This document shows, one piece after another, positions 26,096-35,203 of a stretch of 64,000 nucleotides of DNA. Below the pieces are notes generated by a model. It did not search any database. It was not told the DNA's origin and saw only the letters and a list, made by a program, of their open reading frames with translations. The position numbers and the translations under genes are program-made. The number at the start of each line of letters is the position of its first letter. Position 1 is the first letter of the stretch. This DNA comes from Bdellovibrionota bacterium (lineage in GTDB: Bacteria > Bdellovibrionota_C > UBA2361 > OMII01), in the NCBI GenBank assembly GCA_044351795.1, contig JBILFA010000001.1, positions 28,094 through 92,093 on the forward strand. Reading direction: 5' to 3'.

Positions 26096-26168
26096 TTCCC
26101 GCTGCTAATTCGGCATCCAAAAGCAGAAGTTGCGGAATGTGGGAAAGTCGTGGCTGTCACGACTTTCC
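26096..26168. repeat. REP unit copy 2 (orphan, no adjacent transposase)
   Basis: cgctgctaattcggcatccaaaagcagaagttgcggaatgtgggaaagtcgtggctgtcacgactttcc. Confidence 0.8.
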
Positions 26169-26245
26169 TTATGTCACACCTTTGGAGACTCCTGCATAAC
26201 CGAAAAAGATACATTCAGCCCGTTAAACAGGAGGCGTAAGGAAAT

Positions 26246-27007
26246 ATGGGACCAGTTACTCAAGGAAATCGTGAGCAACAGAGCTCAGGGACAGTTGCAG
26301 CAGTAAATAGCTTGAACGATGCCACCACACCTTCTATCGACCGCCGTGGTTTTGGGATAAGACTCGCAGCTGCAGCGCTAACTGCCTTGGTCGGGACAAC
26401 CGTTCCAACCTCCGCTAAAGCTCAGGAACCAGAGCCAGCCCCGGGGACAACCCCAGAGAAAGCCCCCGAGACAGAGGCTAAGAAGGAACCGAGACCCGGC
26501 ATCGATTCTCCTCTCGATATGGCAACTGTGACCGTGCCGGACCATGTCTATGACGAGGAAGCCGTTCGGAAACCGATTGAGAAGGCGGGCCTTGGTCTCT
26601 TTTCTGCCCCTTCAGCAGGATCAGCGCTTCAGGTGGCCGCACTCGCGGTAGAGAAGGTTGGTAGGGAGAATATTCCAGAAGGTCATGTGATGATGATCTC
26701 TGTGACCGGCGCTAAAGGAGAGCGAGAGTTCGTCATCGATCCTGCGAAGGTGCCGAGGAGCGATTTCGATCAGAGAGACTACGACGAGGCTATTAGAGGG
26801 CCCAATAGGGATGCTGATCTGGCCGATTTCGTTGAATCTCTTTCGAGAGGGCGCCTTGGTATAGAACTCTCGGTCAGTGGCAAGCGGCTAGGAGATGACC
26901 CCTCGGTCACCTTCGAGTTCGTAAAGAGGGGCTACGGCACACCCGCTACTCTATCTGTGCAGTTTATCGACCCTGCAACGATTAGGGCAGCCGGTCCTAC
27001 GGAGTAA
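26246..27007 (+). CDS. hypothetical secreted protein with Tat-type signal peptide
   Basis: Twin-arginine motif DRRGFGIRLAAAALTALVG…AKA; Pro/Glu-rich linker; no catalytic motif recognised. Confidence 0.5.
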   Translation: MGPVTQGNREQQSSGTVAAVNSLNDATTPSIDRRGFGIRLAAAALTALVGTTVPTSAKAQEPEPAPGTTPEKAPETEAKKEPRPGIDSPLDMATVTVPDHVYDEEAVRKPIEKAGLGLFSAPSAGSALQVAALAVEKVGRENIPEGHVMMISVTGAKGEREFVIDPAKVPRSDFDQRDYDEAIRGPNRDADLADFVESLSRGRLGIELSVSGKRLGDDPSVTFEFVKRGYGTPATLSVQFIDPATIRAAGPTE

Positions 27008-27333
27008 CTAGTACCCCCCTAGCACCTCGGCCGCAAAGTTCTGCGCCTGTCGGCAGCGTCGTTGCGGTCGAGGTACTAGGAATTTCTGTAGTAGCACTCG
27101 GGCTCAGAGCCGCTCAAACCGGCTGGCCGGAGCGCGCATCTGCGTGTGCAGCTCCTGCATCTCACTTAGGGAACGATCCCCGTTGGCCTGTACCTGTGCC
27201 GCGGGGGTGCTCCCGTTTACTCACAGGTTCGTAACGCGCTAATTGTACTTGCATTTTGATTCCACTCACGAATACTGATGTAGAGGGCCCCGTTTAGCCT
27301 TGTATCAACCGGAATAGAGCCGAGCGAGCCGAG

Positions 27334-28314
27334 ATGACCGGAGAGTCCGCGACCGCGCCGATAGGATCAGACGAGATCGATTTCATAAACTACCTCAATG
27401 TGGCGCTCATGCTCGTGGCGCTCATCCTCGCTGCGTACATGCCGTTTGAGGTCTTCATATTCGCGTACGCTGTGCTCGGGCCGTTGCATTACCTGACGGA
27501 GATCTCGTGGCTTCATGACCGACAGTACTTTGCTTCGGGAAGGTATGATTGGCTCGTTCTTATCCTGCCGATACTTCCACTCTTAGCGGGATTCATTTCT
27601 CCCCACCCTGGGATAGCCTCAGTGGATATCATGCTTCTAGCGGGTAGCTTCGGTGCTGCCGCGGGGATGGCCTTCTGTCGCGACTGGAGGGGTAAGATCA
27701 CTTTGGCTCTCATTGGTCTCGCAGTAGGTTGGCTCGGGAGATCATTTGGGGTGATCACAACCTTGATAGGTGGACTTCTCCCTACCATCATTCACGTGTA
27801 CATCTTCACCGGTCTTTTTATCGTCTACGGCGCGCTCAAGAGCAGGCGCGTTAGTGGCGGTATTTCAGCGGTCGTGTACTTGGCGGCACCTCTTCTATGC
27901 CTGTATGTGTTCACGACGCCCGACAGCTATCAAGCCAGCCGGTACGCTCTCGAAGCATCACGGCCCTTTCACTGGTTGTGCCACTACTTGAATAGATCCT
28001 TGAGTCTGTCGCTTGATAGCTCCGATCTCGAGGTTGCGATGCGGTTCCTAGCGTTTGCATATACCTATCACTATCTCAACTGGTTTTCGAAAACGCGCGT
28101 TATCAATTGGCACAATATCTCACGGAGACGTCTAACGCTCATATTCGGTATCTACATTCTAGCAGTTAGTGCGTACGCGATTAGTTATGAGCTCGGGTTT
28201 GTTGTGCTGTTGGCGTTGAGCGCAGGACATGTGTACCTAGAGTTTCCACTGAATTTCAGGTCAGCGCTGGGGATAGTATCAGAGTTGAGGTCGATCGCTC
28301 GAAACGGCCGGTGA
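27334..28314 (+). CDS. hypothetical integral membrane protein
   Basis: 326 aa, multiple hydrophobic helices. Confidence 0.5.
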   Translation: MTGESATAPIGSDEIDFINYLNVALMLVALILAAYMPFEVFIFAYAVLGPLHYLTEISWLHDRQYFASGRYDWLVLILPILPLLAGFISPHPGIASVDIMLLAGSFGAAAGMAFCRDWRGKITLALIGLAVGWLGRSFGVITTLIGGLLPTIIHVYIFTGLFIVYGALKSRRVSGGISAVVYLAAPLLCLYVFTTPDSYQASRYALEASRPFHWLCHYLNRSLSLSLDSSDLEVAMRFLAFAYTYHYLNWFSKTRVINWHNISRRRLTLIFGIYILAVSAYAISYELGFVVLLALSAGHVYLEFPLNFRSALGIVSELRSIARNGR

Positions 28315-28446
28315 AAGATCGCAAAGGTCGTGCCTGACAGGAGATTGCTCTTGATGGCAAACATACCCAGGCTTCAGTTACCGAAGTACAAGCATAGAGC
28401 TTACGCGTTGTCGTAGGGATAACTACAGGTCGGTATTTTTTTCGAT

Positions 28447-28854
28447 ATGTTAGTACGTGATACTCAATACGGTCGTTTCACCGTTGTTTTTCACAACGCG
28501 GAACCCTCTGATGCTGTACAGGCGCGTGCGGAGCAGCTGCTAGACAAGTTGCTTCGTTTCCAGCCGAACATCATTCGGGGCACTCTGACTATTGAGGGGC
28601 GGCACAGACACCATCACCAAGGGAACCTCTTCCACGTTTCTCTTCTTTTGCATGTGCCTGGAAGGGAGATCGTCGTTAGCCGCGATCCGGAGCTCAACCA
28701 TGCTCACGAAGATGTGTATGTAGCGCTGCGCGATGCCTGCGATGCAGCGCGCAGGCAATTAGAGGCGCTCGATCAGGTCTCCGGCAAGGGAGCACGGCAC
28801 GAGGCCCATCGATCCGGGAGACGAGATAAGGGCGATGGAAGCTTGGCCGGTTGA
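28447..28854 (+). CDS. HPF/RaiA(YfiA)-family ribosome-associated protein (putative)
   Basis: Beta-alpha-beta-beta-beta-alpha pattern with the characteristic core …FHVSLLLHVPGREIVVSRDPELNHAHEDVYVALRDACDAARRQLEAL. Confidence 0.45.
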   Translation: MLVRDTQYGRFTVVFHNAEPSDAVQARAEQLLDKLLRFQPNIIRGTLTIEGRHRHHHQGNLFHVSLLLHVPGREIVVSRDPELNHAHEDVYVALRDACDAARRQLEALDQVSGKGARHEAHRSGRRDKGDGSLAG

Positions 28855-28919
28855 GGTCGGCCCGCTCGTTGGCGGATGTAGACAGGAAGGCGTGACCCCT
28901 TCTACTTCAGGGAAGCAAG

Positions 28920-29281
28920 CTACCGCCCCGCTTCTGCCTCTATCTCTTGAACAAATCGAGCGACATCATCGAGTTCCTCAAGGATGGTTTCAACCTTCTT
29001 GGTTCCGACTGATCCTGTTACCTGAAAGCCGACCTCTGCTCGCTCCACATAGAGGCAGGCGCATTTTCGTGCCTGGCAATCAAGGTACCACGAGTTACGG
29101 AGCGCCGCTCGGCTCGACTTTGTCACGAGCAGAAAGCCCCTCGAGCGCGCTATCTGGAGTCTTTCGATCTCATCCTGTCGCAGCCGATGTCGGATCTGGC
29201 GACTTCCAACCCGGCCGCGCGAGGGACGTCCTCGAATGAGCCTCGCTACGTCGTCTTTTGATGCTTCTTTTCTCTTACTCA
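28920..29281 (-). CDS. small basic hypothetical protein, translationally coupled to the photolyase gene
   Basis: ATG overlaps the photolyase stop (…catgagtaagag: cat gag taa / atg agt aag). Protein MSKRKEASKDDVARLIRGRPSRGRVGSRQIRHRLRQDEIERLQ…, Arg-rich, about 120 aa. Confidence 0.4.
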
Positions 29282-30846
29282 TGCGATCCCTCAGGGGGCG
29301 AAAAGAGCGCCAGTTGGTTAGTATGACCTTTCTTGGTGGAACGTCTGGATGCAGGAGATGTGCGGCCGCGGCGAGCACGGCTGCCGTGTTTGCGTAACGT
29401 ATCATTCACTGAGCTCTTCGTTTCAGCGCGTCTGCGAAATGCGGTCAAGGTCTCACGAGCCGTACGCACGGCGAGTTGGTGTTCGGCAATTCTGGCTGGA
29501 TACGAGTCTCCGGGCTCGAATCCGTACTCGCGCTGTTCGATAGGGGTGAGCTTCCACGGCTCATGGACGATTCTTCCCGGTACGAGTCGCAGCTCAGGCA
29601 CCCATTGTCGCACGAAATCTCCACTGGGGTCGTGATCATAGCCCTGCTTCACCGGATCGTAGATCCGGATAGCGTTGATTCCGGTGGTGCCTGACTGCAT
29701 CTGAATCTGGGGATAGTGGATCCCGGGCTCGTAATCGAGGAACTGCTGTGCGAGGAAATCCGCAAAGAGTCGCCAGTCGAGGAAGAGATCGTAGGCTGCA
29801 AAGCTTACCAACATGGCGCGCATACGAAAGTTGAGCCAGCCCGTTGCTCGTAGGTACCGCATGCACGCGTCGACAAAGGGGTAGCCGGTCTGACCCTTGC
29901 ACCACGCGAGTAGGTACTGCTCGTTGCCGATGCGGTCGCGCATGGCATCAAGCGATCGTATGAAGCACTGATGCTCGATCTCCGGCTCACTTTCGAGCTT
30001 CTGAATGAAGTGGCAATGCCAGTGCAGTCGCGCGTCGAAGGCTCGTAGAGAGCGGAGCCAGGCGCCGCGCTCCTGTGCAGGAAGCGATCGCACCTCTTGC
30101 TGTCGTCGTCGCGTTTCGGCGACGACGGTTCGCATCGAGACGTTCCCCCACGCAAGGTACGGGCTTAGCCGAGAGCCGTGATGAGCTGCCGACACCGGAC
30201 TCGAGATTCCTCCCGAGTACCCTTCCCCGCGAAGGTAAATGAACGACCGTAGACATTGCTGCGCTGCGCATTCTCCTGGAAGCTGGTGTAGTGATGAGGG
30301 CGAAAAATCCGAGGGAGCATCCGGGATAGAGCCCGGCTCGATATGTACAGGCGACAGCTTCTCAGGACGCCCTTTAGTCGCCTGACACATGAAGGATTCC
30401 CAGAGCTCACTCCATCTGTCCCTGCTAGCCAATCGGCGGATGACACCGAACTGCCTACACTCATTCCACGTGATGCCGTGCGTGCGACACCACTTCAGTA
30501 CTTCGAGATCTCTAGCGTAGGTCGCTCCATTGCCCGTTTCCTCGTGTGACCACAGAACAAACGATCCGTATCGAATGCGGATATCTTCGAGCACTTCGCA
30601 TATCTTTCCCGACCGAACTACCAGCGGCTGCCCGAGTGACGCGAGCTCCGCGCGGAGTTCGCGCACCGATTCGGTGACCCACCAGCAGTGTCGGGCGCTC
30701 ATGTCCGTTGACTCCCATACGTCGGGCTCAAAGACATAGAGCGGTAGTACCGGCCCACTAGCGGCAGCCAGCGTCAGAGGCTCATGGTCAGCTACACGCA
30801 GGTCACGTTTGAACCATACTACCTGCACTGTTTCGTGATGCTTCAC
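29275..30846 (-). CDS. phr: cryptochrome/photolyase-family FAD-binding protein (deoxyribodipyrimidine photolyase-like)
   Basis: N-terminal VVWFKRDLRVADHEPL (photolyase alpha/beta domain). C-terminal FAD-binding block TGYPFVDACMRYLRATGWLNFRMRAMLVSFA…; basic C-terminal tail. Confidence 0.85.
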   Translation of the reverse strand: MKHHETVQVVWFKRDLRVADHEPLTLAAASGPVLPLYVFEPDVWESTDMSARHCWWVTESVRELRAELASLGQPLVVRSGKICEVLEDIRIRYGSFVLWSHEETGNGATYARDLEVLKWCRTHGITWNECRQFGVIRRLASRDRWSELWESFMCQATKGRPEKLSPVHIEPGSIPDAPSDFSPSSLHQLPGECAAQQCLRSFIYLRGEGYSGGISSPVSAAHHGSRLSPYLAWGNVSMRTVVAETRRRQQEVRSLPAQERGAWLRSLRAFDARLHWHCHFIQKLESEPEIEHQCFIRSLDAMRDRIGNEQYLLAWCKGQTGYPFVDACMRYLRATGWLNFRMRAMLVSFAAYDLFLDWRLFADFLAQQFLDYEPGIHYPQIQMQSGTTGINAIRIYDPVKQGYDHDPSGDFVRQWVPELRLVPGRIVHEPWKLTPIEQREYGFEPGDSYPARIAEHQLAVRTARETLTAFRRRAETKSSVNDTLRKHGSRARRGRTSPASRRSTKKGHTNQLALFSPPEGSHE

Positions 30847-30939
30847 GGGTATCGCGCTGCTCCAGGGTCGAGGAAGATCTACCTTTAACAGGCTGCGGAA
30901 AAATGCTCTTCTGCTGCGAAGCCATTTTTCCGCAGCCTG

Positions 30940-31653
30940 TTAGTCTGCACACTCCACTTGAAGCTCATTCGTTAGAGCATTCGAGCCGAGCGCAAGAATA
31001 GTATCCACCGATACTTCAAGCAGGCTCATGACGGCGAGGTCAGGAATCGCAACGGTGCTCTGCACATTAATTCCGATTGCGGGCATCCCTGCTGATTTTA
31101 TCCCCTCAATTCCAACCTCGGCATCTTCGATACCGACACACTCCTCGGGTCGCAGGCCAAGCCCCTCGGCACCTCGGAGAAATATCTCCGGATCCGGCTT
31201 GCCGTTCACGAGGGTACTGGGATCGACTATAAAATCAAAGCTATCCGCAATCCCGAGGCGCGAAAGTACCTCCGGCGCATTTTTGCTCGCGGATACCAGA
31301 GCTATCTTCAATCCGTGCTCCCTAAGTTCTTGGAGTAGCTCTCGCGCATTAGGTAAGAGGTCTTTTTCGGACATCGTTTTCAAAAGTGTAAGGTAGAATC
31401 CGTTCTTCCGATCAGCGAGCTCAGCTTTTCTGCCCTCGTCGACCTGCACTGCTCCGATCTTCAAGATGAGTTCGAGGGAATCCATGCGGCTAACCCCTTT
31501 CAAGCGCTCGTTTGCAGCCCGATCAAAGGGTATCTCCAGCTCGTCGGCCAACTGCTTCCAAGCCAAGAAATGGTACTCTGCCGTGTCGGTCAACACACCG
31601 TCGAGGTCAAATAGGACTGCCTTGATTTTGGAAGGGACAGATTTGGTACTCAT
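30940..31653 (-). CDS. pgmB: beta-phosphoglucomutase (HAD-IA)
   Basis: HAD motif I AVLFDLDGVLTDTAEYH; motif IV GIEDAEVGIEGIKSAGM; adjacent to a GH65 phosphorylase. Start probably MSTKSV (31653) rather than 31701. Confidence 0.8.
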   Translation of the reverse strand: MSTKSVPSKIKAVLFDLDGVLTDTAEYHFLAWKQLADELEIPFDRAANERLKGVSRMDSLELILKIGAVQVDEGRKAELADRKNGFYLTLLKTMSEKDLLPNARELLQELREHGLKIALVSASKNAPEVLSRLGIADSFDFIVDPSTLVNGKPDPEIFLRGAEGLGLRPEECVGIEDAEVGIEGIKSAGMPAIGINVQSTVAIPDLAVMSLLEVSVDTILALGSNALTNELQVECAD

Positions 31654-31865
31654 TAGCTCTCCAGAGTCGTTAATTGATGACATCGCTCTCTTAGTGAACA
31701 CTATTTTGAGGCGGGTTAGAAGGGCATGGGTGGATGTCGTGTGGTGTTATCTGCGTAAGCGCCTGAGAAAAAAGCAAAAACAATAGCTTACGACCGACTG
31801 CTGCCCTGCTCTCAAGAAAGTGGTCGTGGTGTAAAAATATATGCTATTGTTGCCCTGCCTTCGGT

Positions 31866-32831
31866 TTGGGATTGCGTCTCGGTCGGCACTTTTTGAGTTT
31901 CCCTTTAAGACATAATACAGGAGGTCCAATTATGATGTGGTCTCGCTCTCATTCCCCCGGCCCCCAGAACCGGCTTACGCAGTACTTCGAACAGCTCGAT
32001 CGAGCTACGCCGGCCTTCGAGCAACTGAATCTGCGCTCGAGTTCCAAAGAGTCTAGCACTAATTCAGTTACCAACCTGACTAAGAGGTTCGCCTCCGATG
32101 GGCATTTCGATTCAATAGGTGAGTTGGCAGATCTCATCGTAGACCGGGAAGAGTACGATACCGGGAGGGCTCTACTTCACCAAGCAGGCTGTGCTTTGGC
32201 TTCCGTACTCTCAGAGGATAGTACCGTTCTGTTCTTGAAGCAGGTGGCCGATTGGAAAGAGAACGCGAGGCAGATTCTTGTTGCTGAGATGATTGAGGCT
32301 CGGCAGCTTGAGCCGATAACTCATCGCCCTATAGCTGAAGAGTTGATTAAGCTTGTGTGTGCACATCCGCTGACACGGGTAGCGGGGGCAGCCGGTGCTT
32401 GGCTCGGTGCCAGCGCCACACCGGACGATGGTGGTGGAGAGATTGCCCAGGCAGCTATCCGAGAGTCAGCTAATCGTCTTCACACGGCTATTACAGCAAT
32501 GTGGGATCCTGCTACTCACCTAGCAACTCGGGTCCGCACTAACAGTGTGCATCCGTGCGTTACGCTCGCTCGCATCGTTGTTGAGAATTGCTCAGAACCG
32601 CGTACGAGCGATATTTACCGCTGCCTGATGATTACCCAACGTCCGTGTTCGCCGGGAATACTACTGCTGGGTGCGTTGACTCAGAGCATCGATAAAGTGC
32701 TCTGTCGTGAGCGGTTTAGTGAATCCCAGTTGGAAGCGACCAAGAAGTTACTCAACGACCCAGGAATCGGTCCGATACTCGAGCGGCAGTTCGGATCTAA
32801 CCACTACGCTCCGCCTGAGTCCGGCGTTTAA
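31866..32831 (+). CDS. hypothetical protein
   Basis: 321 aa, no recognisable motif; followed by a strong terminator hairpin. Confidence 0.4.
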   Translation: MGLRLGRHFLSFPLRHNTGGPIMMWSRSHSPGPQNRLTQYFEQLDRATPAFEQLNLRSSSKESSTNSVTNLTKRFASDGHFDSIGELADLIVDREEYDTGRALLHQAGCALASVLSEDSTVLFLKQVADWKENARQILVAEMIEARQLEPITHRPIAEELIKLVCAHPLTRVAGAAGAWLGASATPDDGGGEIAQAAIRESANRLHTAITAMWDPATHLATRVRTNSVHPCVTLARIVVENCSEPRTSDIYRCLMITQRPCSPGILLLGALTQSIDKVLCRERFSESQLEATKKLLNDPGIGPILERQFGSNHYAPPESGV

Positions 32832-32833
32832 AC

Positions 32834-32863
32834 CAGTCAGGCTACCTGTGGGTAGCCTGACTG
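32834..32863. terminator. bidirectional stem-loop terminator between convergent genes (CAGTCAGGCTACC-tgtg-GGTAGCCTGACTG)
   Basis: Perfect 13-bp stem, 4-nt loop, directly after the TAA of 31866–32831 and about 30 nt beyond the GH65 gene stop. Confidence 0.6.
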
Positions 32864-32894
32864 CCTTTGGGTAGCCCGAAGTTATTTTCTCAAA

Positions 32895-35153
32895 TCATCG
32901 TGGGTGGACGATCTCCTGGCCGCTGCGCAGTTGCATGCGCTTGCCGTAGAGCTCGACTTCCATCTCCGGCCCCTCCCGATGCACGAGTCTCACCTCAGAT
33001 TCATCGATGCTGACTGCTATCTTGGTACCGTGCCAGGTAAACGGGAAAGATATCTTACTGAGCTGTTTCGGTAAGGTCGGAGCGATGGTGAAAATCGGGC
33101 TCTCCAGTGCGGGACGGATCCCACCAAAACCAAACACGATGTTCATCCAATTCGCTGCTGCACCTGCAATATGAATCCCTTCAGCAGGTCCACTACGGGT
33201 AAAGTCGATGTCGACCGTGCAGCTCTCCTTCCAAAGCTCCCAGGCATGATCAGTCATTCCAAGCCGACAGGCCAAGATACTGTGAATACCCGCAGAGAGG
33301 GAGGAGTCGTGAGTCGTGTACGGCAGGTAGTAGTCCCATGCCTGCCGAACCTCTGCATCATCGAAATCCTTACCGAACATGAACATCATCATGAGCACAT
33401 CGGCCTGCTTGAGATTCTTTGAACGGTAAAGCCGCTCTTGGGATACTTGAGACGCATAGGTTTTCGAGCGGTTTTTCCAGCGCAGGTCGAAGTTCGGTTC
33501 CGCCAAGCGCTCGAATCCCTCGTTCTGTAAGATGAGTCCATCAGCTCTGCGAAGAATCGGCAGAGTTTCGGATAGCAGCTTGAATTGTCTTATTTCCTCG
33601 GGAGAAGCTCCGGCTTCCGCGCCAACCTCAGCTGCCAAGGCCAAGGCATACTTCACCACCTTGTTCGTGTAGGCATTGTTGTGCGTAATGGGTCCGTATT
33701 CATCGGGACCCATCACACCGAGCAGTGCCGGTTGCCCATCAAGCATATCGATTCGAGCCGCCCAGTAGCGCGCGCTTTCAACGAGAACCCGAGCACGTCC
33801 GCCCGAAAGGTAGTCGCTATCGTCAGTTGCCGCTGCGATGTGTGAGAACGCATACGCTATATCGGCGGTGACGTGGATTTCGTGATCGCGATACTGCCAC
33901 ACAGCGCACGATTCAATTCCACTCCTATCGGACTCCCACGCAAACCTTGCACCCGGATATCCGTAGCTCGCGGCGTTTTGTTTCGCTGCCTCCAAAGTTC
34001 GCACGCGAAATTCCATCAACTGCTTGGCGCGCTCGGGCTCGGTGTAAAGAAAGAACGGCACCAGATAGACTTCCGTATCCCAGAAGAAACGTCCAAAGTA
34101 ACCCTCACCGGCGTAGCCCTTCGCGTCGATGGCTACCCGCTCATCACGTGGGTGGCTTCTCAGCAGATGATACAGGGATGTTCTAAGGGCCAGCTGAGAT
34201 TCCTCATCACCCTCAACGACGATGTCGCATCCATCCCATCGTCTCTGCCATTCGAGCGCATGCTCCGAGAAAAGATCCTTATAGCCTACTGCTATTGCAT
34301 CATTGAGCTCTGCCGTAAGGTCTCGAGAGGGTGTGTCTTGAGATGTTCCAACGACCGTGAACTTGAGAAACTCCAGACGCTCACTTCCAGATGCGGAGTG
34401 CGTCAGCGTGTGGCTTATATAGCCGTCATCGAGGTTTCTCAGAGCACGAGATCCCTTTCCGGAGATCTCCGACAGCATTTGAACGCGATCCCCGGTATCA
34501 GTCTCGATCTGACACTCGAGTCGTGTTGCCCCTACTGGGCTGCACTGACTCTCACGGAAGTGATTGTAACCGTTCGTCCGAACATTAGAATCGATCGCGC
34601 TCTCTACGGCTATCGTGCAAGCAGTTGAGGGTTCCAAGACCAATCGTTGAACACACAGACCGGGACGAGCGGCGCTCACGAATCGTTGGAAGCTAACGGC
34701 GACTGTTCCGTTGTCGGTGTGCCACAGCAACGAGCGTGAAAGGGTCGCAGTTCTCATGTCGAGGCAGCGTCGATAGTCGCTATACTTCGACGTGGTCATA
34801 TCGAGGCGCTTGCCATCGACGACCGGCACCAAAAGGGCGAAGAAAGGAAGGTTTATCAGCTCGCTGTTCAGAAGCCGGTGATGCCCGTACAGGCCGGGAA
34901 CAAAGGTGCCCCATCGGGCTTTGAAATCGACGAACTCTTCGGAGGTAACATTCGCAGGCATGCGAGTGTAGGTGACATCTTGAAGTGCATCAGCTATGTG
35001 TTCTTCGAGCGAGCCGCGTATGTGCAGATAGCCGCTGCCGAGTGTGAACAGCCCTTCGAACTTCCGATTGTTATCGGAATCGAAAACCGTCTCAACGACC
35101 CTCCAACCTTCCTCAAGACGTATCGGATTCATTGTGCCCTCCCAAGAAGTCAT
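32895..35153 (-). CDS. GH65 glycoside hydrolase / disaccharide phosphorylase (maltose/trehalose/kojibiose/glucosylglycerol phosphorylase family)
   Basis: 752 aa; N-terminal GLFTLGSGYLHIRGSLEE (GH65 N-domain signature); size and adjacent beta-PGM typical of GH65 phosphorylases. Confidence 0.85.
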   Translation of the reverse strand: MTSWEGTMNPIRLEEGWRVVETVFDSDNNRKFEGLFTLGSGYLHIRGSLEEHIADALQDVTYTRMPANVTSEEFVDFKARWGTFVPGLYGHHRLLNSELINLPFFALLVPVVDGKRLDMTTSKYSDYRRCLDMRTATLSRSLLWHTDNGTVAVSFQRFVSAARPGLCVQRLVLEPSTACTIAVESAIDSNVRTNGYNHFRESQCSPVGATRLECQIETDTGDRVQMLSEISGKGSRALRNLDDGYISHTLTHSASGSERLEFLKFTVVGTSQDTPSRDLTAELNDAIAVGYKDLFSEHALEWQRRWDGCDIVVEGDEESQLALRTSLYHLLRSHPRDERVAIDAKGYAGEGYFGRFFWDTEVYLVPFFLYTEPERAKQLMEFRVRTLEAAKQNAASYGYPGARFAWESDRSGIESCAVWQYRDHEIHVTADIAYAFSHIAAATDDSDYLSGGRARVLVESARYWAARIDMLDGQPALLGVMGPDEYGPITHNNAYTNKVVKYALALAAEVGAEAGASPEEIRQFKLLSETLPILRRADGLILQNEGFERLAEPNFDLRWKNRSKTYASQVSQERLYRSKNLKQADVLMMMFMFGKDFDDAEVRQAWDYYLPYTTHDSSLSAGIHSILACRLGMTDHAWELWKESCTVDIDFTRSGPAEGIHIAGAAANWMNIVFGFGGIRPALESPIFTIAPTLPKQLSKISFPFTWHGTKIAVSIDESEVRLVHREGPEMEVELYGKRMQLRSGQEIVHPR

Positions 35154-35203
35154 GCTCCGCCTTCCCTTACCATACTGGAATGAGGGTTGGTAGAGAATCT
35201 GTC

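Noticed and set aside
27010-27075. Imperfect inverted repeat cctcggccgcaa…ttgcggtcgagg after the Tat-secreted protein gene
   Set aside because: 11/12-bp arms but a 25-nt loop and no T-tract; weak as a terminator and not repeated elsewhere. Not reported as a feature.
33873-34628. 251-aa + strand ORF antisense to the GH65 phosphorylase gene
   Set aside because: Lies entirely within, and opposite to, a confidently identified 752-aa GH65 gene; no motif; typical long antisense ORF in GC-rich DNA.
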